Below, piece by piece: positions 12,893 through 27,000 of a DNA stretch of 64,000 nt. Where the stretch lies: assembly GCA_040954595.2 (NCBI GenBank), contig CM082590.2, positions 11,096,555 to 11,160,554 of the forward strand, written 5' to 3'. The position numbers and the translations under genes are program-made. This DNA comes from Balanoglossus misakiensis. Lineage: Eukaryota > Animalia > Hemichordata. Within the stretch, counting starts at the first letter, position 1; each line of letters opens with the position of its first letter. The notes below the pieces were generated by a model. The model did not search any database. It saw nothing but the letters and a program-made list of their open reading frames with translations, and had not been told where the DNA came from.

Positions 12893-15078
12893 TAGGCTAC
12901 CAACTGAACGCATTAAGATCGTTGAAATTTGACCACCTGCTGTATCCAAAAGGAGTAAACAGACGTGTAATTGTAATGCTGTATTTCCATAAAATTCACT
13001 GCTAAATTAAGCTCAGCATGGAAAAAAAGATGTTGATGGGATTCAGTTTGTTTTAAAATTAGTCTGAAAGTAGTTCAAGCAGTGCTAATGTGTTGTATAC
13101 ACTTCAAGAGAATCTGTTGCTATAGTTGATATAAAGATTAATCAACTGTTACACCACTTGGTGTTAGTGGGGTATAGTTGAGCAGATGCAACTAAACCCT
13201 AATGGCTGATTATATATTTTCAGAACAGTGCATTACGCGTTATATTTTCCTACAGAGATTATTTCTAAGAAATATGTAACCCTGACCACATCTATGGATA
13301 TTTTCAACGAAAATCCGGCCGTTACATACAGAGCAACATGAAAATTTTATGTGAAATTGAATTTAGTTATGTACATTGCAATTTCATTACTGAACAGGTA
13401 CCCTTTTTACTGAAAACTAGTTCGACGCGATGAGTGGGGAAACAGATGTTTTGACCAGGAATTAGGGTCGGGGATTTGAAAACACGACGGAGTTGTCAGA
13501 GTGAAGGGAGCGTAACCACAGGAAGCCCTAGACTCTAGAGTGAATACAGTTGCATCCGTGTAGGGCCTCCAGTGGTTGATTTAAGGGCCTGTGGGCATAA
13601 CCGGACAAGCCCCTGCCAACCCTGGGGGGATGGACGGCTATGTTAAACCTTATCTCTGCTCGGCAGAGCCGGGCTGTGTGTTTTTATACCGACTACTAGT
13701 ATGCTGTTGTTGGATGCCCCAGCGCAGCCTCATCATATCAACAACAATGATGCAAAAATAGAGTCTCACCGTAGTTTTCATGTGAATTCAGTCTGCTACT
13801 TGAAAGGGTGGGGATTGGGCATCCTATATTGACATAACGGGCGTTAGTTGACCGGATTTGGCGAAGGTTTGATGCAATTTCGGGCTGTGTACGCATACAT
13901 CTGGTACTAGAAAGAAAACAAACAAACAAACAAACAATACACGTGAGGTTAAAGGTCAATAGTGCGCCCCTAGTGGTAGGATAAGGCCATTGTTATGACG
14001 AGCGCCGCCAATGCGATCATATTTACGATTACTTTGTTTAAAGTCGTAAGAGGGGTTCTGAACGCAATGAGTTAGCCTTTCATTCTCCACACAGACTGAG
14101 AGGATAACTTTAACCAAGCTAATAAGTCTAACCGATACTTTTAAAATAGCTTGACAATGGTCTAGCTTAAAAATTATCCACATAAGGTTTTGCGTTCCCT
14201 GAGTGTGTTGTTGAGCAATAAATAACTTAACAACACACTCAACTGGACGACAAGAGGAAGTTTATCTTTTTGAGTAAAGATATACATGAACTTTTCTCTT
14301 TCATTTAAATCAAGAAAGCCAGGATTATATAAACTTGTGGATGAAGATAGAATTGCTTTGTTTCACATCGTAAGGAACATTTAGCCAATTCTCGCTCTTT
14401 CCAAGTGAAACTGCCAATAAATCTTGAAAAATGTGTTGGTGAGGAGAAGGCTTAGCGTCAGATTTAACGTTACAAAGCAAAGGTGGTCAAATGTTGACGA
14501 CAGTGCAATAAATAAAGCCACAAGAGGAATTTTCATTGTAGGGATATCATGTTTTTTTTATTTCCATCTCTTTAAGAAATAATTTTCACTGTAGAAACAT
14601 AAAATGAAGTCCATACACAAAGCATGATGCATGATTAAACTTGCATATTTGAATTTTTTATAATGATTGCATATTTTAAAACCCCCCCCAATCAATTCTT
14701 TTTCATGCTTTAATAAACTGTGATTTTTGTTTATCTACAAAAATTGGTTGGCAGTTCATTCTAACATCAAGTGGTGATCTGAAACTTATAGGTGGTACTG
14801 TTCATTATGGTAAATTTATGCCCAGCTGACTGTTTAATGTTAACACTTGGAAGCACCGAAATACTAGCAATTACAGACAAAGGTTTTGGAATGCTCATCT
14901 CAGATTGTTTTTAAAGAGACATGATACAAACAATATCTAAACCGGCAAATAAATAGGAAAGATGACATTAAAAAGCATCTTGAAATGGAATTTGCAATTT
15001 GAGCTTTTGCCCCAAACTTTGCTCACATTGATATTCACACAGTAATGTTTGTCTAACAAAATCTGCTCTTTGTCTATA

Positions 15079-18000
15079 CTACCACCATTTTGGATTCCAA
15101 AGATTTCCATTCAAGTTGCGCTCTGCCATTTCCTGATGGTGACTATTCTCTTCTTCTGTATGTTTATCTTTTATGTACGGTTCCTGTTCTGTGTTTACAA
15201 GTCGACAGACGAGTTGCAACAGTTGTGTGTGTTGTTCATCTTTTCCCTGTAGAAAAAGAGTCACAGATCAAAATGTTTATTCTATTTACTCAACTTTGAT
15301 TCGACTTACTTCAACTTGACCGACTCAACTGACGAGACTCTGCATGACTCACATGGATTGTCATAATTGACTCACTTCATTGACTCACTTCAACTCAACG
15401 CACTCTGACTCAGCTCAGCTCTCTTCTTCCCGACCCTCACAAAAATATAGATGTCAAAAAAAACACTTACCACATTTGCCATGTCTTCCACTGTCAGACA
15501 CTCCATAATCATTTTGTCTATCTCTTCAACGACATCCAACAGTAACTCTGCATCTTTCGCTGTCACATAAAATGTCAACTTATCACTTCCATCTAACACC
15601 AACTTCACCACTGGTCCAGATTCAGTGTCCTTCCCTTCGAAATATTTTGCTGTAAAACACGGATGTGTTCTCTGTTATATTTCAAAATTTCAACAAATGT
15701 GACCAAGGTTGACTGCTTATATGTTCGAACATCACTGTTATGTAAACAAGAGAGGCACACAATATACTATCATATCATTATATACTGTAAGAAACTGAAT
15801 TTTATAGGTATGCTCGATCAATTGTAGATGAAGGCAAACAGACTACACTGATACTCCCAAGCAAGAAGGACAAGAAATGCAGATAGTAAACATGGATAAA
15901 CAAAATAGTTTTGAAGTCATCAAAAATTATTGGGACAGTCCCCTTGCCAAATGATTCCTAACACAAAGAAAAACGCAAATGTGTATATGCTAGACAGATT
16001 CAAGACTACATCCTACCGTCTCCTGCCTTGACTGGCAAGACACTAATTGATTTCCCGGCAAGGCAGATGATTGCCAGTGGATGTACCATGGAACAATCTC
16101 GGATAAATGTGGCAGTAGATTTGGTCTGTGAACAAATAAAACAAGTTTCACATTTTCTGTGCTAAGATGTACCATAGACCCTGGAGCGAAAAGGACAAAT
16201 GACTGTGGCTGTTTGTTAGAAGCAGCGTCTGCAGTAATCTGTCATAAACATAGCATCACCAGATAGGCCAAGCAGATCATATCATAGTTTCACGCGGTTT
16301 GTGACTTTGCAAATTATCATGAAACCTTGATATGTGACTTTGTGAGACTGATCACCCATGCGAGTTTGTTTGTCGTTAAACAGTCAAGTAATAATCCCTC
16401 AGTAGAATAGAAAGATCAATTTTTTATTCAGAGTGTTGTACCAACTCACCTTGGTGAAGTATACTAACCATCTGTGGGCAAACGTCTTTTCATCTGAGTT
16501 CAACGACCGGGAGTGTAAGAGTATACGATTGTTCTCTCTGTGATGCAAAAAACATAGAGTGGTTACTAGTGACTACATTTTTTTGATCAACAGTGTTTTC
16601 ATTTGGGTCACCAGTTTGATCAAAGAACATAAGTAACATGCACTTGTTTTAATTGGTCGAAACCATCCAGTCAAGGGACTTCCCTAAACTGTGTGCCTTT
16701 ATAGAGATGTGGTCTTTGTAGACAGGTCAGTTAATGCACATGTTAATTGCACAGGGATTGCAACAACATGGCCACTATAGACATGTCTACAGATGGTCAC
16801 TAACACAACGTTTGACTGTGCAGTTTCACTGAATGCTAAATAATTATCTCAGAGTATCAAACAATGAAAGTCAGTTGTCTTGCACATCATGAAACATGCA
16901 AGTACTATATAACGATTTTCATACAGTCCCAATATTGTATCAAACACACTTACAGATCTTTACAGATGACATTGTTTGGTTTGAGTTTATCATTAATAAT
17001 CTCCCCTCTCCTGATGGTCACAATATTTGGATATAACGCTGCAGCCAAAACACCCTGGCAACAAGAAAAGATTTACGCAATTTCAGAAATAATGGAGACT
17101 TTTTAAGCATTGTGACATTCTCAGCGCTGTTTGAAACACACAAAAGATTTCATTAAAGTTACAGTTATAATTTCTAATCGCAAGGAAGGAATAAAATCTC
17201 TCCTTTTCATGGGCTTATCTGAATTATTTTATGAATCTTGAAGTGCAGAGAATATAAAAAGTAGAATAAAACTAGAAACACTTACAGTAATCAAGTTGTT
17301 GTTGTCGCTGTGAATATTACAAGCATCATACTGACTCAAACCACTTTGTTGATAATACACCATGCCTGCATCATACAAGTTATCTGAGAACTGTCTTCTC
17401 AAACCTGAAAAGACAACAAAATAATACAAGTTTCTCTACATTCAGCTGAAATTGCTCTTACTTGTTGTCAGTCAACTTGTTAAGATGTTCCGTCAAGTGT
17501 CTCAAAATTCAAAGAAAGCATTTTCTAGGGTCATCTCTCCAGAGTAAGGAAAACAGTCATAAACACACACACTCAGAAACCTTATTTCCTTTAACAAATT
17601 TGTACATTCAAAGCAACAGTTTCACACCTCGAATGAAACTAAGGCTGCCATGATGGAGATGATTCTGTCTGGCAAACATCCAACCATCCTGTCGACTCAT
17701 TTGAGAATATTGCTGCCATGTGTTGAAAGCATTCAGTTGACTTATGTGGTCACTACGCGATCCACCAGCAAATTGCTGTCTGACCTGAGTATAAAAAGAA
17801 GAATGTATAAAAAAGTTCATCAGTCATGATAAGAGGGTCCTTAATTGTTATCCGAAAGGAAATGTGCAAGACAAACAACAGTATGAAATGAAATCCAAAC
17901 TCAAATATACCACAAGTACCTGAGAGACTTCTGATCTGTTTTCCGGGGTATCGATGTACGGATCTCGGGAACTCAGACTGGATGTGATGGTAAGTATGGG

Positions 18001-21000
18001 ATCAACACATCTGGAAAGAAAACAAACACTCTTCATGAACAGACCCCTCTCTATTCTTATATCAGGAGATAACCCCCTGGACATGTACCATCCATACATG
18101 TTCCAACCACCAATCAAAGCTGGTGTTGGGGATACAGTTTAAGCAAGTCAACAGGGGGTAACTGTCCTAGAACTTCCAAATGTGCAAATATGGACATAAG
18201 CTGAATTCTGAGCAGATCATCACAGTGTGGGTCTCGAGTCGAACAAGAAACTGAAGTTTGATATGGATGAATTATATAAATAAAAATAAATAAATGAATG
18301 AAGTGGCTATGGTACCAAATGGGGCTAAATTAAGACAAGTTTCAATAAGTCGACAATCCACAACTCACCTGAAAATGGCAGAATAAATAATGGCTTTAGC
18401 AAGTCGAGGATCAGTTGTAATATGTGCCAATTTTTGACCCAAGGCAGTCAGGTTTTCATTCTCATCTAGGATGTCAAGGTCTTCCAATAACTCGACAGCT
18501 TTCTCAACTAGAAAATGGAAATGTATCATAAAACATATATATTTACTGGCCATGTTGAGAAAAGGTACACAACAGAGAATATATCTTCTTACACTCCAGG
18601 CACGTCGAGAGCATGGGATCAGAGTGTGAGAATCCTGTGTGTACATCAACCGTACCCACCTGCTTCTGGGGATGGAGGTTCCAGAGCTTTGCTGAGGAAA
18701 TCTTCCACCATTGTACCAGGAGTGTGGACTTTGGTTTCGACCACGAGTTGTTCTAGTGGCACTCTCAACATCTCTGCCAGTTGGTACTCATCTGGATGAT
18801 ATAAGGTAAAAAGTTATGTGACTCCTGGGTTGTAACAACAAGACATACAATGCACTGTATAATGCTTGCTTTCCATTTGATATAACACACTTTAACATCA
18901 ATTTTGGTCTCCAATCTGTGCACTGCAGACCAGATACATATCACCACAGCAATGTAGTTTCAACCAGTCAGTCAGGAACCAAGGGGCACATAAAGGTTTA
19001 TAACACGTTCAACGCCAAAGTCAACTTGTCATTATCACAGAACAAATTTATTCTCTCATAATTTCTTCCACATTTTTGTCAAAATTCTGATTAAAATCTG
19101 CAGGCAAGGTGAGATTGTATCTACCTGGTCCAAAAGTAAGGATCAGATCAGACAAAAATGAATAAAAACAACAAAATGTTGCACGAACATTTTGACTGGA
19201 TCACTATTTCACTGACTCACCCATTTCATTGAGTTTCTCTCTTGTAAATAAATGATAACATTCTCCCGGCTGACATCGACCAGCTCGTCCCCTTCGCTGT
19301 CGAACGCTGGCACGCGAAATCCAATGAAGATCTAGACATGATGTCTTTTTGAGAAAAAAACATGGACTAGTAATTTCAACTTGTTTAATATTTCTAGCAT
19401 AATACTTCATATTACTGAAGATGCTGGCGTGGCTACCATAATTGATTCAGGGTTTGGTGTCCTGCCTCTCAGAAAACACGCACCAAAATTCTTCATTATA
19501 CCAAAGTCTTACGGAAGAAAGTCTAAGATTTCGTCACACTTCATCTAACCAACTGTTTACCGGTTACAAGAGTGCAATTTCTCACAGAATAACAGTAGAC
19601 AACAGAAAACAATGATCATTATTTCTTGAAACCAAAAATTATGAGGTCTTTTTTGTATGGTATAGTCAGAGAGAGAGAGAGAAAGAGAGAGTAGACTTGA
19701 AAATTTCAAGGTATTCGACAACTTTTGCCAATTCTGAAATTTCTCAAAAGTCCAAAATCACTCACCCCAGTTTCAACATTGTAGCTGAGTTCCTTGTGGT
19801 TGCCAGCATTGACCACATACACGACATCATTGATTGTAATCGATGTCTCTGCTATATTAGTGGCAAGAACGACCTTACGGATATCATCTGGGGCTCTGTA
19901 AGTGTCAGTAAACAATGTCCATAAGAACGGTACATAACACAAGAACATATTCACATAGACTTTATATTGTGCCTTGGAACAGATTTTCAGAAATCTGATA
20001 GGTATACAGTCCTTAAAACCTTGCTTTATGTCAATTATGTGTGAGAAGTCTTTTTAAAAAACAAAGATGAAAACTTGGTGTTCAAACATTAGGTCGGCGT
20101 CCATCTTGAATTTCAAATCTGTAACAATTTTTTCCCTTATTTGACAAAAGTTTTCACAGAGAATCCTAATTATTATTCTTTTATTTTAAGAGAAAATAAT
20201 CATATATTTTAATCCATTTCTAAATCCTGGTTGTATTACCTTTCAAAAATGGCCTGTTGTTGTGAAACAGGAACACTAGAATGCACAGGAAACAACCAAT
20301 GTTTTCCGTCCTGCCAAAAAAGACAAAAAAAAGAAATGCATCTTGTTTAGAAATTTGAGCCATCTCATAGCATTGTTAACCAGTGAACAGCAACTTTCCC
20401 AGGTATAAAGTTTGTATTTCAGAACCTTGATGATATCAGAGAGATAAATAATGATAACTGTTAATGAATAATGAGAAATTATCACCGCATTGACTAAAAA
20501 TAAGACTTTGTAAGCTAGAACCTTGAGTAATTTTGACTTTGTAGGTTGTAAAATTAAGAACCTCAAGTTTTGGTAAGAACCTTAGAATGGGCATATGACT
20601 ATCGAATTAGAATGTGCATCTTTTTTTTTCATCTTCACACAAGAAAGTATTTGAAGGAACATTTTTACAGAAAGCTCACTCACCTTTGGCCACATTTCCT
20701 GTAGTTTGTTTTTCACAGTCACGATATCTTGCCAACCAGGAAGAAAACACAATATTGCACCCTTCAAGGAGAAAATGAATCCCAGTTTCTTATAAGTTTC
20801 TTAAAAATCTTCCAGGAAATAATGTACAAATCAAAGCATTGGATATGTTGTAGGCAAAGAAGCCAAGACTTACATGAGGTTTTGTTGCAGCAATGAAATC
20901 AATTGTATCTGCAACGAGATCCCAATCTGTGTCCGGTCTTTTGTGTCCATTCCTTCCATTGGAATTATTCCTTGATCTGTAGACCGCATTGGGAATCATC

Positions 21001-24000
21001 TTGGATATATCTTCCAGGAAATATTCCTTGACGGGATACATTAATCCCGGAACACTGATGATTGGACAACTGTTAAGAGGAATTAACGTAGTGAAAAAAA
21101 GGATTGAGAACAAAACCATGGACAAGCTTATTAACAGATTCCTAAGTGCAAAGTTTTCACTGGTCCATGATGGAAGCTCATTCTGACCTCGAACCACTAT
21201 GTTTTAAGACGTTTGCTTCGATATTAATACCAGATTTGAAAACTTGCAGCTACGGTATTAATTTATCATCCCGTCAAACTTTCTAAATCAAAGATAAAGC
21301 AATACTCAATAAATGTTCTCATACTTGTTGAAGTAACGGGAAAACATCTTGGTATTGATGGAAGCACTCATCAGGATGATTTTGATTTCGGGATTAATCT
21401 TGATCAAATCCCGCAACAGGATTAACAAAAAGTCTGTGTTTACGTCTCGTTCGTGAACTTCATCGACAATCACATGACTGACACCTGCGGAAAAAAGACA
21501 AACAGAAAATGTCATGTTTCATCCTCTTCATGGTGCATCGTTAGGAGTAAATATCATGTAGTTCAACAAGTTCGATACACATGTATGTATGAAAAGGTGG
21601 AAAAGGACAAGTCACTCACTTAGACATTATTTTGGTCATTTTGGCCTCAGGCTAAAAATAGTGGTCAGAAGGTTAACTGGACACAGTCCCTCATTTTCGA
21701 CAAAATTTTGCTCATTTGAGGTTCGTTTCTTTGACTATATGTTCCAACACAAATTTACCTTCCAACATGGGATTCCCTTGCATTTTCTTCAAAAGAATTC
21801 CCACAGTACAAAACAAGACACGGCCATGTTCCCTTGGCAATTTGCTTTCCAGCCTGACTTGATATCCTGCTGTCTGTCCCACTTTCTCTCCTCTCTCTTC
21901 CGATACTCTCTCCGCTATGGATATTGCACTGATCCGTCTTGGCTAGGGAAGAGTTAAAGGAACACAGTCAGTCACGGTAACTTGGATACTGGAGACCTGG
22001 CCAATCAGAAACTTTTAGTTGGTGCCACATAAAAAAGTGTGACACCACATAATGACGAGAACACTCAGACACACTTCTTCTTAAAATCTGGATTTAACCA
22101 GTTCAATCTAGTTAATGCCAGTATCAACGTACCTGTGTGACAACGATATTACAGGCTGTTCCCTTCCCGCATCTGATATATTCATCTAGAATTATTTGAG
22201 GAACTTGGGTTGTCTTTCCACACCCTGTATCTCCTTCCAAGACAATCACTTGATTGTTGTCAATGATGGAAAATATGTCTGACCTGTGGGAATATAAAGT
22301 ATGAAACCGTTCATGTATATAAGAACCTGTTGACGTAGGTAGAGGTACACACATACTCAATCTGGTTACTGTGTCATCTTTTTGGCAAAAGTGCAGTGCA
22401 AATGTCAGTAATGTCCCATTTGACATGTACATGTACATATCTTTTTTGCTAGTTGCTATGGGCCGTTTTAGTGGCAGTACACAATCTGTTCTGGTTAGAT
22501 TTGTTCAGAAAAGTCTCTAAGCCTCCAAATGGCACCAACGCAAAACTTGAGAACACTGTCAGTGGCCTTGAACCAAGGCAAGTCTGCACAACCGAGATTT
22601 ACATGTCAACACACATGTACCGGTACATAGGGAAAATATTGTATAATGCTGAATAATTGTAGGCCAAATTTTGACCGGACCTCGAACAATTTATTGTCCC
22701 ATTTCAGAACAAAATGCTGAAAATGAGCTCAATTAAAATGTGGCATAAACTAAAAGGAAAACGTTACCTCTTGTCTGTCACTGGAAGAGAACAAACAGAG
22801 TTTCTTATTTTCAACAATTTTGGTTCCACACTCTCTTCTATATATCTGAGTCTCTCCTGCAACACAGAGTTCCTCAAAATTTCTTGCTCTTCCGTTAAAT
22901 CGAAAAACGGTTTCCCAGTAAAAATATCACTTGGCTGTTTCTCTTTTGCTTCTTCTTCCAAAAATCTGGAGTCTCTGTCATTCCAGTCTTCATGGACTAT
23001 GTTTATATTTTCTTGTACAAGCTTGGCAGTTGCGTCATGATCTTCCTGAAAGATGTCAAAATCAAAGATTGTATGCAGGCCTTTGTATACAATATACCTA
23101 GGCCCATAAAGAGGGAACTGGGGTTGAAAGGGTTAATATAAATAGAGGCATGAAATCACTCACTTTTGATGTCGATTTATATTTTTGATTTCTTGTGATT
23201 ATTTTTTTCTGCTTTGCATCGTTGTTTAGTACAAACTTGTTTATGTTCACAGATGTCAAGTTGCTCACCACAGAGTTAGAACACAAATACAAGACTCACC
23301 TCCCGCCATTTCTGGAAGTAACTTGCGATATCTTCTTGGAGTTGTGAGTCAAGTCTAATGGAAGTAGGCTGGGTCTCTTTTCTGATAAACTCTCTGATTT
23401 CCTGTTGGCTGTAGACACCATATTCCGGCATCACTGGTCGGTTTTTTATATCGAGTACTCCAAGTTCCTGTGAACGGTGAACAAGGTTTAATATCCCCTT
23501 ACAAAACATTTTACAAAAGATACAGCATAATGATAGTAGCTAATAATAATTATAACTATTGCTTTCTTTATACATGTATCAAGTAAAAATGTAGTCAGCA
23601 AGTTGTTCTCTCGACTTATGTTAATGGAGAAAAAGCTGATTAAGATAAGGAGGTCATTGTTGATTAAAATGTTAATCTATATCCACATTTATTGCAAATT
23701 AGCCATCAATATTTTTCTGGCAAATTATAGGAAGTTCTGTTGCTGGTCTTCTGGTATTTATTTTTACATTTTTGCTACTCTGTATTAATTCAAACATTTG
23801 AACATCAAAAATAACATCCTAATTGCTGGTTTAACTTTCAGGTATAAAAATTGACGTTGGTCTTCATGAGATGCATAAAAGAGACAGAACTATTACACCA
23901 AATTGTCTCCAGCAGTGTCTGATCCTGGGCCGTGTGTTTGGCAGGAAAAAACAAGTGTGTACGTGCAGTGCTGTCTGACCCTTGTCCGACAGTTTGAGTG

Positions 24001-27000
24001 GCGATGTTTGTATGTCCAGCCAAGATAACTATCTAGACAAAAATCTTGTGTGTGTGGACACATTCTGTCCAACCCTTGTCCAAGTTACACCTTCTATACA
24101 CTCGATGTACAGTGTAGATATACTTCAACAATATTTCAGAGTAGCACTTGGCAATTAATGGAAGCCTGTCTGTTCAGTGTTTGCAGTTTTTTGTCTCCAT
24201 GTTAGTTGTTACCCAAAAACAGTTACAAGTCCATAACCTCTTAAACTAGTATACATACTCGATAGTACCAGAGCAGAAAATATTTCACTTAAAATATGTC
24301 AGTTTTTTGCCAATAGTAAAGTGGTTGGCTGACATGCTATACCAGTAGTTGTCATGGCAACAAATACATAATGAAATAAATAGCAGCAGATCAGCTACTT
24401 TCTTGCACCTCTTAATTTTTGATATTTTAATTGTCTTAATTTTCCTGTAGTTTGGAAGATTCTGAAACATCACTAAACCATTTTACTATTGCCATACAAG
24501 ACTTAGTTGTATGATATGTGGGCCCACTAAGAAATTTGTGTTTGAACAGCAAAGTCAGTTTGATATCAGTGCCATGCCTCGGTTGTTCGGCAGAAAAGAA
24601 TTCTGACCATTGTTGTTCAGTCGACCTTTGTCAGGTGTTTTGTACCTCCCCCTATCCTGCAGAACAGCCTACATACTTTTACATAAATTCTTAATATGGC
24701 TGTTTGTATCTCACCCAATCTTACATGAAAGTGACTTGAAATTTGACAATAACTGGTAAGATAAAAGGCATTGCTGGCTGCACGTAGATCAGTGGGTGTG
24801 TTCAGAAAATAGCAGGATCTTTGCTGGAGTGCAGACTGCAAAAATGGCTGCTGCAAGTGAAACTAAAATTCTAGACGAAATTGGTGAAGATTTCCTGTGT
24901 TGTACCATCTGTCTGGAGCAGTTTAGAAGACCTAAAGTTCTACCATGTCTGCATACATTCTGTGAGCCGTGTTTAACCACACTGGTTAAAAAGACTAGAT
25001 CTCTAATCTGTCCAGAATGTCGACAGCAGTATGAGATTCCTGCTAAAGGTATATCAGCTCTCAAGGGCAATTTCTTCATGGCCAATCTAGTGGAAATCTT
25101 CAAGCAACGATTTGACTCGGGCACCCAGAAAGCTCAAGAGATAAAGTGTGAAGGTTGCCAGGAGAATACAGCCACTCACAGGTGTGTAGAGTGCCAATAT
25201 TATCTCTGTAAAAGCTGCGTTAAGGCACACAGAAATCTACCAGTCTCACGGAAGCACAGACTTTTGACTATTGAAGAATATGCAACAGCAAAGTCAACCA
25301 GTCCTGTAGCATTGCAAGCAGTAGAATATTGCAGTGTCCACACCAAGAATGAAATTGAATTCTACTGCGAAACCTGCCAAGTACCCATCTGTTCAAACTG
25401 TACAATCATTGAACACAGAATACCACAACACAACCATAGGTATCTGAAAGACGCAGCAGATGAGTATCTGAGAGACTTGAAAGTCATGGTTGACAAACTG
25501 AAAGTGAAAGAACAAGAAGCTGAAAAGAACAAAAGCCTAGCCAAGCAGGTACAGAGTGACCTCACAGAGCAGCAAAAGAAAGAAGAAAGGCAGGTGAGAA
25601 TGGAAGCAGAAGAAATCATCAACAAAGTAAAGAGAGAAGAGCAGAGACTGATAGATGAGCTGAACACCATTTACAAATTGAAAATCAAAACAGCAGCTGC
25701 AGATGTTGATGAGATGGAATTAAAACATGGCAACATTAAGAGTGCAGTCAGTTATATGGAAATGCTGATGCATCATGGGAATGCTGCTCAACTGCTCACT
25801 ACAAAGAATGATGCAGAATGTCGCATTCGGCAGCTGATTACCATGGAAACCAAGCCACAGACACACCATGAGGAAGTTGTATTTCAACCTGGAAAGACAT
25901 TCAATAAGCTTGGAATTCTGGGAACACTCATCACTGAAGTTAATGTCTGCATCTCAAAGTGTACAGTTGAAAACATCCCGAAACAACTCTTGAAAGGTGA
26001 CTCTGCACACCTGCTGATCACAACCAGAGATTCCACAGGAAAACAAGTCATCCCAAATCAACCAGTGAAAGCCACGGTAAGAAAACCTGGTGCATCATGG
26101 GAAGACATCAAAGTGTCAGATAACAGAGATGGTACACACAGAGTGACAGTGAATGGAAAAATGGATGGGAAGTATCAAGTTGCCATGACAATAGGAGATC
26201 GACTAATACCAGGCTCACCTGTCATCATACCTGTCATCAAAGGATTGGTTCAAACCATTGGCAGTAAAGGAAGTGCTAAGGGACAGTTCAACCATCCCAG
26301 GAGTGTGGCCATAAACAAAGACAAAGACATTGTCACTGCTGATAGAGGCAATAACAGACTACAAATAACCACCAGAGAGGGCAGAGTGAAGAAAATCTTG
26401 AAATTCACACAATTTAAGGAACCTTTTACTCCACGTGACATAACTATATCAAGTGATAATACACACTATAGTTTAGATGACAACTATAGGCAAGTAGTTG
26501 TCAGTGATGAGAATGGACGTGTCATCAGATGCTTTGGAAAGAATGAGCTGATTGATCCATATGGGATATCTATCAGCCCTGTCAATGGTAATGTGTATGT
26601 GACAGACAAGGGTGGGGATTGTGTCAGGATTTATACACAACATGGCAAATACATCAGGTCATTTGGGTCAGAGGGTGAAGGTAAAGGGAAATTCAATTGG
26701 CCCTGGGGAATAGTAGTGGGAAGAAGTGGGATGGTATTTGTGGCAGACTATGCGAACAGCCGTATCCAGGTATTCAGTCCAGATGACAAGTATTTGTATT
26801 CCATTGATTGTCAAAATGAGAATGGGCATCTGTGCCTGCCTAAGGGACTGGCCCTTGAAAATGATCAATATGTGTATGTCAGTACTAAGGACCCTTATTG
26901 CATACTGAAGTTTGAGAGTAGAGGCAAGTTTGTTTGTCGTATTGATAGTGATGAGGATAGGCTGGACTGCCCAACTGGTATGGCTCTGACAGATGATGTG

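Noticed and set aside
13430-13740. GC-richer segment considered as a SINE or ncRNA
   Set aside because: No convincing A/B boxes, cloverleaf, TSD or second copy in the window.
16650-16820. Possible degenerate Tc1/mariner-type MITE
   Set aside because: Only one plausible end (GTTTGACTGT); boundaries cannot be supported.
21340-21375. Helicase motif III reads SAS rather than SAT
   Set aside because: Conservative change with all other motifs intact; no evidence of inactivation.
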